From assembly GCF_004010195.1 (NCBI RefSeq), contig NC_057719.1, positions 86,323,637 through 86,365,254 of the forward strand: DNA of 41,618 bases. Reading direction: 5' to 3'. This document shows positions 23,213-34,494 of the stretch, piece by piece. The notes under the pieces were generated by a model. That model did no database searches. It was not told the origin of the DNA and saw only the letters and a list, made by a program, of their open reading frames with translations. Within the stretch, counting starts at the first letter, position 1. The number at the start of each line of letters is the position of its first letter. The position numbers were made by a program, and so were the translations under genes. The stretch is from Chiloscyllium plagiosum. Its lineage: Eukaryota.

Positions 23213-23699
23213 CTGGTTATGGGAACTTCCGGGAAAAAGATTTCTGTTCCATTTTCAGCAAGGAAAGATCATTGCCTATTAAGCCTGATCCTTCTTGATG
23301 TATAGTTTGTAACTGATAAACTGTACTCAATCTCTAACCTACTGTGGGTGTTAACTGTCTGCCAAAGAAGTTTAATAATTATGTTTATGTAAATAGCGGA
23401 TACCTTGGAATGAATGCATGGCAGCCATGTAAATAAGGAATTTAGAAGCCCTTCATTCCTATAGCCTTTAATTGCTGCTGGTTCTTTTTATTTAGTTTGG
23501 TACTGACAATGTAGGGCTGTCTGATCAGGGTTAATAATAAATCCAACTCGATTTCCTGCTTTTATGATTAGTGAGTGTAAGCATTTTTTAAAATGCAGCA
23601 TTTCAAAAGGACTTCAGCCAGCAGGCAAATGGGTGCCCACATGGTTTGAGTATATTTTACTTATTCTTTCATATTAAATAAGGTAAATGTTTGGGACAA

Positions 23700-24084
23700 T
23701 GATCCTTGTTCAGTTGTTTTTGTTTTTTTTAATCCTGTTATTTTCTTGTGTGCAGTCATTCCCGTTTAAGGTTTTAGAATTTTACAATTCTGAACTTTTG
23801 TAAAAATCTGAAAGGTTTGGTGCAATCAGATGCTACAAATGTTAAATTGATACAACCTGGTGGGTATAAAACAATAGTTGTGATTTGCAATCACAGCTAA
23901 ACCACAATCTAGTGTTTTATACACACCAGGTTGTATCAATTTACCTTTGTAGCATTTGATTGCACCAAACCTTTCAGATTTTTACAAAAGTTCAGAATTG
24001 TAAAATTCTAAAACCTTAATCGTAAATGATGCACTCAAGAAAATAACAGGATTAAAAAAAACAAAAACAACTGAACAAGGATCA
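23700..24084. repeat. Long near-perfect palindrome (foldback), arms ~185 bp, inside the U12 intron
   Basis: tgatccttgttcagttgtttttg...tacaacctggtgggtataaaaca is the reverse complement of tgttttatacacaccaggttgta...caaaaacaactgaacaaggatca, with scattered mismatches and a very short central loop. Confidence 0.95.
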
Positions 24085-24471
24085 ATTAATTGATTCCAAA
24101 TCACAGCCACACAAATTGGTTAACTTAACTAACAAGTAGCTACTGGGCTTGGAAATGGAGTGTTTTATGTTTTCAGGAGGAAATGCATCCCTCCGGAAGT
24201 AATATTCATATGGTCTGATACAGTATAAAATGTGACTCTAGAATTAGATATTTGGAATTAATGGATTTATTTGGTGCATTTGGTTTCTTGAATTTGATAT
24301 TGCCAATGAAATTAAACTTCTAATGATTTTGAGTCAGTGAGTATACTGTTACTGTTAATCCTGATTTTTAATTTGGATGCATTTCCTCAAGCAGAATAAT
24401 TATTTTTTCCAAACATTGAATGATTATTGTTATTTTTTCCAAAAGCAGTATATTTTTTTAAATTCCATCCA

Positions 24472-24490
24472 TTTCCTTAACTGATGACAC
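24472..24490 (+). promoter_or_regulatory. U12 branch point (TTTCCTTAAC) and AC 3' splice site
   Basis: TTTCCTTAAC at 24472-24481, then 9 nt ending in CAC| at 24490, directly before the codons for IFISL. Confidence 0.95.
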
Positions 24491-24599
24491 ATCTTCATCA
24501 GCTTGACACAAACCATGAAAATGCTGAAGTTGAGAAGGAATGTTGTGAAACTTTCTTTATACAGGCATTTCACAAACACGCTCATTTTTGCTGTAATAG
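24491..24599 (+). CDS. TMEM87A: TMEM87A coding exon, end of TM5 to TM6: [36 protein letters not shown]
   Basis: Preceded by an AC acceptor and a U12 branch site, g|gtaagc donor, 109 nt, phase 0/1. Highly conserved [17 protein letters not shown]. Confidence 0.97.
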
Positions 24600-24617
24600 G
24601 TAAGCTATAAGCATGTA

Positions 24618-25290
24618 GAACCATAGAGTCATACAGTGTGCAAACAGACTCTTCGGTCCACCTCGCCTACATGACCAGACTTCCCAACCTGACCTAGTCC
24701 CATTTGCAAGCATTTGCCCCATAGCCCTCTAAACCCTTCCTAATCATTTACTCATCCAGATGTCTTTTAAATATTGTCATTGTACCCACATCCAACACTT
24801 CTCTAGCAGCTTGTTCCTTACACGTACCACTCTCTGCATGAAAACGTTGCCCCTCAGGTTTTTTTTTTAAATCTTTTTTCTCTTAACTTAAACCTATGCC
24901 CCCCAGATATGGACTCCTCCATCATAGGAGAAAGACCTTGGCTATTCATCCTATCCATGATTTTATAAACCTCTACAAGGTCACCCCTCAGCCTGCAATG
25001 CTCCAGGAAAAGAATCCCCGCTCTATTCAGCCTCTCCCTATAACTCAAGCTCTCCTTTCCCATATAAGTTTTTTTGAACCCCCTCAAGATTAACAACATC
25101 CTCCTTGTAGAAGGTGATCAGAACTTTATGCAATTCTAAATGTGGCCTTACCAATGTCAACTACAGCTGAAATGTGACATGCCAACTCCTGTATTCAGTG
25201 ATAAGGCAAGTATGCCAAATGCCACCTTCACCACTTTGTCTGCCTGTCCACTTTCAAGGAACTATGCACCTACTGCAGAGTTTTCTCTTA
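24618..25290 (-). mobile_element. CR1 LINE 3' fragment
   Basis: LSYRERLNR...RLRGDLVEVYKIM. Confidence 0.88.
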
Positions 25291-26220
25291 AGTGGCCCGA
25301 TTAGCCAGCAGTGTACCTTTTGGATCCTTGATAACAAAAGTTTCTGAAATTTATACTCACTGACTTTGCTTACACCATGGTGAGTATGTATTTGTAAAGT
25401 AGTGAAATATAACCAATTTAACAGTAGAAGAATTGGCAAGTATAACATTGGGCTTGTGAAGGTTGACCTCTCAAATGGCTCTTCAAGTGAGTGTACCAAG
25501 TATTATACGCAGACTGAAGGAGGATGTAACTTACAGGGCAATAATGATGTCTCTCAAAAGGGAAAAATGTTTTGTATTGTCTAAAAAATCATAAATCATT
25601 GGCCTGTTGTCCCTGGCCTAAACAATGCACTTGTGTTTCTAGTGTTTGAATGACCTAATTAGGGGATTAGATGTTAAATATAAATAACGTCTGAGTTTCT
25701 TCTTTGGAGGGGAAAGTGGTGTGTGTTGGTGGATAGGTTTTGGGGTGTGAATTTTCATGCAGTTTTTTTTTATTGGCATTCCTACAACATTGAACATTCA
25801 TATTAATCTAAGTGGAATAAACACAACAGATGATCAATCAAGTAAGTTCTCTACATTATGTTAAATTCCATGAAATGTCTCCATTTCACTTGAGATTAAA
25901 AGAACAACTTGACCAGCATAGAGAGTTCAGGATAGGAAAATATCTATTTGATGCATGAATTCTCTGCAAACACCAGCTATCTACTCTCACTTTCTTCTCC
26001 TGACATTATTTACAGCTACTTCAATCTTAACATAGTTGGAACATCTCCAGGGGTTAAGTGGTAGTACAGAAGGCATTCAAGAAAAGTTGCAAATTTGTAC
26101 TTGGTCTATGTTATAAACTGACCTTGGCTAGTTCCAAAGTTACAAGTTACTTCAAGCTCCCTGGTTAGCATGGAAGAAAATCAGCTTATATTTGCAACCA
26201 TAATTACTATTTTGTGTATA

Positions 26221-26530
26221 GAATTAGAATAGAGTCCCTACAGTGTGAAAACAGGCCACACTGTATCCTCTGAAGAGTATCCCACCCAGGCCCATTCCCC
26301 TACTTTAATACTCTACATTTCCCCTAACTAACGCACCTAACATACACATGCCTGAGCACTACGGGCAATTTAGCATGGCCAATTCACCCAACCTGCTCAT
26401 CTTTGGACTGTGGGAGGAAGCCTGAGCACCTGGAGGAAACCCACACAGACACGGAGAATGTGCAAATTCCACACAGACAGATGGCCGAGGCTGGAATCGC
26501 AGTCGGGTCCCTGGCACTGTGAGGCACTAT
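26221..26530 (-). mobile_element. HE1-like V-SINE
   Basis: Reverse complement of the same family. Confidence 0.85.
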
Positions 26531-28011
26531 GCCGCATTTCGTATTAGGATCTACTTGGGAAAGTTTACTGGCGTTCAAGCCACTCCTGTAGTCACCACAG
26601 AAGTTAAAATTTAATCAAAATACACAAAGTCCCCAATTTACCTGTCTGATGGAATCAGGTCAACAAACAGTTACCAGATTCCCATAGTTAACAAAAACTA
26701 CTATATGTTACAAATAAATAAGTTCCAACCATAGGTAAGCAAAATTATAAACTAACAACATATAATTCAACTAATTGAACTCTAACCCACCTCCTGCCAA
26801 AAACATACTTTACATGCACATACAAACAAACGCAATCAAAAAAAAATTGGTAGATGAGACAAAAAAACTGGGGAAATACAATTCAACAGCACCAGCCCAC
26901 AGAATTCAATAATTTGTTTTAAAAACCCAAGACTTTGTGTTTTTCAGTTCCCTTTCTCCAGGTTCATTCACTTCTTTATAGGAGGCACAGGGCAATTGGT
27001 ACACTAATTACAAAGTCTGTTAGTTACTGATTAAACACAATAGATTCCATCAAATGGTAGGAGAATGTAAGTAGCTTTCCTCAGACACTTAGAACATAGA
27101 ACATTTCATCGCAGTACAGGCCCTTCAGCCCTCGAAGTTGCACTGACATGTGAAACCAATCTGAAGCCCATCTAACCTACTATTCGATTCTCGTCCATAT
27201 GGCTATCCAATGACCATTTAAATGCCCTTAGGCTGGCGAGTCTACTACTGTTGCAGGTAGTGTGTTCCACTGCCTCTGACATCTGTCCTATACCTATCAC
27301 TTACTGAAAACCTATAGAGAACACAAAGCCTTCTTTTTCAACAATCTGGAGGTTTCTCCCCACTTTTGTAAACTCCCCAAATGATTCACCTGTCCAGCAG
27401 CCAAATGAAGAGTCGTTGTCAGGTTGATGACTTTTGGCAAACAGCACTGGTCACATTTGTACAAACCAATCAGCTATCTTTCCCAAACTGATCTCACCTG
27501 CTACACTGCTAGCAAAGCTGCAGTGTAAACGCAACACACAGAGTTGCAGCAGCTCTTTTCAAAAGTACAGCAATTCCTTTCCCATTTTGATTTTAAAACA
27601 CTCCTTTTCCATTTTAGTCCACAGCTAAAAAATAAATAAAAATAAAAAGATTCTATCTTAACATTCGTGATGCCCAATGTTTGTGTGTGCACGCACTTCG
27701 GGTGATGGCAGTCAACTTCAATTGTACAACAGCCTGCTAAAACCTGTTAGGCTTTCACTAAGAATGGTATTGCATGTGAAATAATATGTGGAATCTTATG
27801 CATATAGTAAGGCACAGCTGTGATGCAATTTGTGCACGACTGGGGTGCCATTGCATTTACCCTATACTATGCAAATCATCCCTTCCTGTTGCTGAGGCAA
27901 TGATTAGTGTATTCCAGGTAGATTAACCTTGATGACTCAGGTTGAGAAAGAGACTAGATACCTGTATATAGTTAATATTTCACTTTTAAATCCTTTACTT
28001 CCTTTGTATAG

Positions 28012-28070
28012 CGTCAATCTTTTTCATTATTTGGACAACCAAGAAGTTCCGGCTGGCAGACTGTCAATCA
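28012..28070 (+). CDS. TMEM87A: TMEM87A coding exon: (A)SIFFIIWTTKKFRLADCQS
   Basis: cctttgtatag| acceptor, |gtaagt donor, 59 nt, phase 1/0. Matches ASIVFIIWTT.KFR...CQS. I did not find the next exon (DW.ELW...) in the window. Confidence 0.95.
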
Positions 28071-28834
28071 GTAAGTAAGCTCTTCTTGAGCCATGTTAAT
28101 TATTTGATTTCTTTTTTAAAAAAATCTTAAGTATGAACTGCAGTCTTTGCATTGGATAGAATTGCTATTACTCTACCCCTTAGTTTATCCCTCGTTTGAA
28201 GTTGCTGTCTCTTGCTGCAGCAGCAGACATATCCAAACTGTCCAATACCTCATCCCAAAAGCCAGACTTCATCTTTGGACCAAGGCAGTGAACTGACTCT
28301 AGACAAAGCAGAATATCACTCAGCACTCTCCTCTCCTTTCACCAAATGTTTCTACATGATGTTGCATAGAATTCATTAACAGAGATCATATATATTTACT
28401 CCTCAGCCCTAAATCTATTTGGATAAAACAAATCTGATCATCTTGATGTTGGAGGATATGTTTAGATCAACAAATACCTGCTGACAGAAAGTCTGTATTG
28501 CCTGATGATATTGCAGTTATCATGGCTTTCTGCACATCTCAGGGAACTCTGTAGTTAGGCATACGTAGATAGACATTTTTATAACTTCAGATATAATTTG
28601 CAGAATGGTATGTTGGTTCCCTAGTGTCAGGGTAAAAGGTAGCACCAAGTGATATTCAGTGGTTATCATGCACGGAGTTTTTTGAGAGGGAAAGGGGAAT
28701 GGTTTAACAATTAGAAGTCCCAGCCAAATTTGGAAACTATTGAGATTTTTCAGGCAGAGTTTCAGTTTCTAAAATGATTAAAAATGCAATCTCAAATGTA
28801 ATTTGAGGATTCACTTATTCATTTTGGAATAAAG

Positions 28835-29220
28835 GTATTATGAAGAATGTTGAACAGGTTGGGCCTCATTCCAATGGAGTTTGGAAGAGTTCAGCGAGGT
28901 TATCTTATTAAAATATGTAAGATCCTGAGCGAATTGACAGAATGGATTCTTAGAGGGTGTTTCCCTAGAAAGAAAGACTCGAAATCAGGGATTTCTTTTT
29001 TCTCTGAATGTCATTGGTCTGTGGGATTCTCTTCCCTAAAAAACAGTGGCGACTGGGTCACTGAATTTATGTAAGGTTAAGATAGACAAGTGAATTGAAG
29101 GTTATGGGAGATAGACAGTCAAGTGGAATTGAGACTACAACCAGATCAACCTTATTAAATATTGGAGTGGGCTCAAAGAGCCAAATGGATTTTTCCTGGT
29201 CCTAAGTCCTATATTCCTGT
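28835..29220 (+). mobile_element. CR1 LINE 3' fragment (old)
   Basis: LNRLGL..MEF.R..G.LI...KIL motif and a CR1-like tail. Confidence 0.7.
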
Positions 29221-30174
29221 GATTGCATCCAGTACCAAGTACTGGTGAGTACAGCAACAGAATCTAGTATAACTAAATGCGTGGCTATTGAAGTAATGTA
29301 AGAGGGCAACCTTAACATTGTTCGGATATTGGAATCAATTCTGTGAGAAGAGGCATTTATACAACAAGTTAATGTTGATCCTTACTCTGAGGTTAATTAC
29401 TACTGTTGTAGAATGCTTAAACCAACTTGATAGAGTTAGGAAAATCAAGGACTGAGAAATAAAAACAGCATTAAAATCAGATAGTGAGACAATCGATAAG
29501 CTTATAGTACAGATGCCCCATGGCTGCCAAAAAACAAAATCCCCATTTGGGTTAGTAAATATGCACCTATTTCAGAACCTTTTTTAAATTGTCTGATATG
29601 AATGCTAAGTTCACTTCCTAATGCTGTGGAAGAAAATAAATTGATGTAACATAGTGGGCATACATTTGCATCAAATATCTCTTAAAGAGGTTGCCTCACT
29701 GCAGTGTTTGATTTCAATGCTCATTTCACTCCAAAAATAACTTTGTGATATTTACACAGTTCTTCTAAATCTCATCTCACAGAAAGTAGCATCCTTTCCC
29801 CACTCGCCCCAAATAATTCTGTTAGAGATTTTGAAAAGATGTATTCGTGTGTGAAATAACTGAAGTCTCACTTTGCAACAGTAAATGTTACAAATAACTA
29901 ATTTTAAGTGAGGTATAAACCAGATGCATTCTACAGCAGTATTGTGCATCCATTTGTCGAGCTGCTGCGATAATGCACTTTAATTTCTTGGCAAACCATC
30001 ACTTATATCGGACCTTTACCATATCCCAAAAATTGCAGGGATCACACTGAGGAAAATAGCAACAGTAAGAAAGATATTAAGTTTGTATGTAACTGATGTT
30101 AGGAGCATAACTAATACATTTGGTGAGCTGTAGGCACAAATTGCTGCATAGCATTCTAAAGTAGTTCCATCAGA

Positions 30175-31660
30175 CAATAAGATGCAAGAGTAGAAGTAGG
30201 TCATTTGGACAATCAGCGTGCTCCACTATTTGATAAGACCATGGCAGATGTGATAATCCTCAACTCCACTTGCGTGCCTTTTCCCCCAACCTTTGTTTCC
30301 CTAACTGATTGATTGAAAATCTGTCTATCTCAACTTTGAATACACTGACCAACTATGCCCATACAGTTTTCTGTGATAAAGAATTCCACAGATTCATTAT
30401 CTTTGAGAGAAAAAATTTCTCCTTACCTCTGTCCTCACTGGGCAACCTCATACTCAGATGATTATGACTTACAATCCACGACTCTCCCGTAAGGAGGAAC
30501 ATCCTGTCAGAACTACCCTGTCAAGTCTCCTAAAAATCTGATGTCTCAAGAAGATCATCTCTCATTCTAATAAAGTAATCTGAGTACAAGATCCTGATAA
30601 GAAAATACTTCATACTTTGAATCAATCTAGTGAACTTTTTTTCTGAACTGCTTTGATGTGCTGGTATCTTCCCTTACACAAGGGACCAAAACTGTTCACA
30701 GTATTCTAGGTGTGATGTAACTAGTGCCTTCTATAGTTTTAGTGAGAGTTATCTTTATTCTTCGTTCCATTTAAAATAAAAAACAATATTCCAATCACCT
30801 TCCCTGTTAACCTGCAGAATTCTATGCTAGCGTTTTGGGATTCCAGCACAAGGAACCCAAAATCCCTCTGCTGTAGCTTTCTGCTGTCTTTCTCCATTTA
30901 TATATTCAGTTCCTCAACTCTTCTAGCCAAAGTACATATTTCACACAATCCTACATTATATTCCATCTGCTTTTGTCCACTCAATTTGTTTATGTTCTTT
31001 TGTAGACTGTGCCATTCTCATCACTTACTTTCCCACCAATTTTTGTGCCATTCAAAAACGTGATAGTACATTTACTACCATAATCCAAGTAATTCATCTA
31101 TATTTTAAATAATTACGGACTCAGCACAAATCCCTGTGGCTCTCCACTAGTTACAGGTTGCTATCCTGAAAACACCTCCTTGTTTCAACACTCTTTTCTA
31201 TAAGTTAGCCAATCCTCTAACCATACTAATGTACTACCCTCAACATCGCGTGCTCTTATCTTGTTAAAAAGCCTTATGAGCAATAACTTTTCAAATGCCT
31301 TTTGGAAATACAAACATATATAATCTGTCAAATCCCTTTATCTGCCCTCTTGCTACCTCTTCAAAGAATTGTAATAAATTTGTTTCCCCTTCATGAAGTC
31401 ATGTTGATGCTCCTTGATTATATCGTGTATTTATAATGTTTTGCTATTCCATCCTTTATAATAGATTCTAACATTTCCCAAGAAGAGATGCCTATCACGC
31501 CTGTTTCTTTTTGTTTCCTTCCCTTTTTTAATAAGGGCATTGCATTGGCAGTTTTCCAGCTCTCTGGGACATTTCCAGAATCTAATGATTCTTGGAATAT
31601 TAATACCAGTGCATTCACTCCCTCTGGCTACTTGTTTTATATATCCCAGGGTGCATCCCA
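30175..31660 (-). mobile_element. CR1 LINE ORF2 fragment (old, degenerate)
   Basis: IFQESLDSGNVPESWKTANAMPLLKKG through to the 3' UTR on the minus strand. Confidence 0.85.
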
Positions 31661-31684
31661 TCTCATCCACAGAAATATCATTCT

Positions 31685-33210
31685 TTAGCCCAGATATTTT
31701 TCCTAGCATTCTCTGGGAAGCCAGGGAGGAGATTGCAGAGCTTTTGGCTTGATCTTTATGTCATCATTCTCTATAGGAATAGTGCCAAAAGTTTGGAGAA
31801 TAGCAAATGTTGTCCCTTGTTCAAGAAGGGGAGTAGAGACAACCTTTGTAATTATAGACCAGTAAGCCTTGCTTCAATTGTGGGTGAAGTGTTAGAAAAG
31901 GGTGTAAGAGATAAGATTTATGATCATCTAGATAGGAATAGGTTGATTAGGGACAGTCGGTGCGGTTTTGTAAAGGGTAGGTCGTGCCTCACAAACCTTA
32001 TTGAGTTCTTTTGAGATGGTGACCAAACAGGTGGATGAGGGTAAAGTGATTGATGGGGTGTATAGGAATTTCAGTAAAGCATTTGATAAGGTTCCCCATG
32101 GTAGGCTTTTGTAGAAAATGCGGAAGCATGGGATTGAAGGTGATTTAGCGGTTTGGATCAGAAATTGGCTAGCTGAAAGAAGACAGGGTGGTGGTTGATG
32201 GGAAATGTTCATCCTGGAGTTCAGTTACTCGTGGCGTACCGCAAGGATCTCTTTTGGGTCCACTGTTGTTTATCAATTTTATAAATGACCTGGATGAGTG
32301 CTTAGAAGGATGGGTTAGTAAATTTGCAGATGACACTCAGGTCAGTGGAGTTGTGGATGGTGCCGAAAGATGTTGCAGGTTACAGAAGGACATAGAAAAG
32401 CTGCAGAGCTGGGCTGAGAGGTAGCAAATGGAGTTTTAATGGGTAAAGGTGTGAGGTGATTCACTTTGGAAGGAGCAACAGGAATACAGACTGCTGGGTT
32501 AATGTTAAGATTCTTGGTAGTGTAGATGAGCAGAGAGATCTCTGTCCATGTGCATAGATCCCTGAAAGTTGCCACCCAGGTTGATAGGGTTGTTAAGAAG
32601 GCATACAGTGTGTTAGCTTTTATTGGTAGAGGGATTGAGTTTCGGAGCCATAAGGTCATGTTGCAGCTGTACAAAACTCTGGTGCGGCTGCAATTGGAGT
32701 ATTGCGTACACTTCTGGTCACCACATTATAGGAAGGACATGGAAGCTTTGGAAAGGGTTCAGAGGAGATTTACTAGGACGTTGCCTAGTATGGAAGGAAG
32801 ATCTTATGAGGAAAGGCTGAGGGATTTGAGGCTGTTTTCGTTAGAGAGAAGAAGGTTGAGAGGTGACTTAATTGAGACATATAAGATAAGGGTTAGATAG
32901 GGTGGACAGTGAGAGCCTTTTTCCTCGGATGGTGATGGCTAGCATAAGGGGACATAGCTTTAAATTGAGGGATGCTAGATATAGAACAGATGTCAGAGGT
33001 ACTTTCTTTACTCAAGAGTAGTAGGGGTGTGGAATGCACCGACTGCAGCAGTAGTAGACTCGCCAACTTTAAGGGCATTTAAATGGTCATTGGATAGGCA
33101 TAAGGATGAGAATGGAATAGTGTAGGATAGATGGGCATCAGATTGGTTCCACAGGTTGGCGCAACATCAAGGGCCAAAAGGGCCTCTACTGCGCTTTTAT
33201 GTTCTATGTA
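31685..33210 (+). mobile_element. CR1 LINE, RT domain to 3' end (relatively young, frameshifted)
   Basis: PLFKKGSRDN..NYRPVSL, GRSCLTNLIEFF, GVPQGSLLGPLLF, KFADDT and LERVQRRFTR. Confidence 0.95.
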
Positions 33211-33879
33211 AGTTACCTCTAATGATAGTCGTGTTTATTTTCTTCTCCTTTAGCAATTTGATTATTAATTATTTTTGGAATACTATTAGTAGCAAGTGAC
33301 TGCAACAATTTGTACTGCAAGTGAAAAGGTTTACTGATTTGCCAAGACCTTGTCATGGAGGAGGCAACAGGGAACTCTAGTATTCTAATTCAGAAAAGGC
33401 ACAAGACTTGAACATATATTAGCTGTAATAACTAATTTAAGAAAAACAGTTGTTCTTGTAACATGGTTATTAAAACTTACTAGAAGCAACATACATTCAC
33501 ATGCAAGGACCAGTTCCCAGCTGATAAAAGGAATATAATGCTCATTCATACACCCTTCTGTTAAGCAAAGATGTAACATTTGCTGGTACCCCCTCTTTAA
33601 CAAAGGAAGAATTGAATACCATGTTCACCACCAGCAATTTCCACTCTGACTTCCAACATTGATAAAGACGATCCATCTATTCTCGTTGTGGTAATCTTTC
33701 AACTTTAAGTATAGCCAATCTTTCTACTACCTTTTCTTTAACAATTTTTAGCTCATCCAGTATGTCAACTCTCCAGTCTCTCACGTGACCTTGGCGGTAT
33801 CTTCACTCTTGGTGAAGACAGTTGCAAAGTACTTTGTTAGTGACTCAAGTCATCGCTCCAGCCCCCATGAGTACATTTC

Positions 33880-34206
33880 ATTAGATTAGATTAGATTCCC
33901 TACAGTATGGAAACAGGCCCTTTGGCCCAACATGTCCACACCGACCGTCTGAATAGTAACCCACCCAGACCCTTTCCCCTACTCATTTTTAGCCCTCACT
34001 AATGGACAATAGAATATTCCATATGGGCAATTTGGTGTGGCCAATTCACCTGACCTGCACATCTTTGGATTGTGGGAGAAAACCGGAGTACCCAGAGGAA
34101 ACCCATGCAGACACGGGGAGAATGTGCAAACTCCACACAGCCTAAGGCTGGAATCGAACACGGGTCCCTGGTGCTGTGAGGCAGCAGTGCTAACCACTGA
34201 GCCACC
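33880..34206 (-). mobile_element. HE1-like V-SINE
   Basis: Minus strand reads ggtggctcagtggttagcactgctgcctcacagc...gttcgattccagc, with an (attag)n tail. Confidence 0.88.
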
Positions 34207-34494
34207 TTTTTTGTTATCAGTTTCTTCTCAGCCTCGCTCCTTTCAGTTCCCTTTTGTTTATATGCTAATCAGTGACTTTTCGATTCTTCTTTATTAGCTG
34301 CCAGTCTCTTCACTTATTCTCTCCTTGCTTCTATAATATCTTTTAGCTGAACTTGTTAAAAATAAATTTCCAAACAAGTGCAAATAGAGATGAACAAGTG
34401 TTCTGTAAATTTCAATCACTTATAACAAAATTAGAGAAATAACAAGATTTAATTATCCAATATGGATGGGGAAAATTATGGGTGAGATGGTAAT

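Noticed and set aside
26587..27663. Possible solo LTR interrupted by a CR1 tail (~27090-27300)
   Set aside because: The TG...CA ends are suggestive only, with no TSD or internal retroviral sequence.
17881..28070. Assignment as TMEM87B or GPR107/108
   Set aside because: Diagnostic segments ([51 protein letters not shown]) match recalled TMEM87A better. Synteny was not checked.
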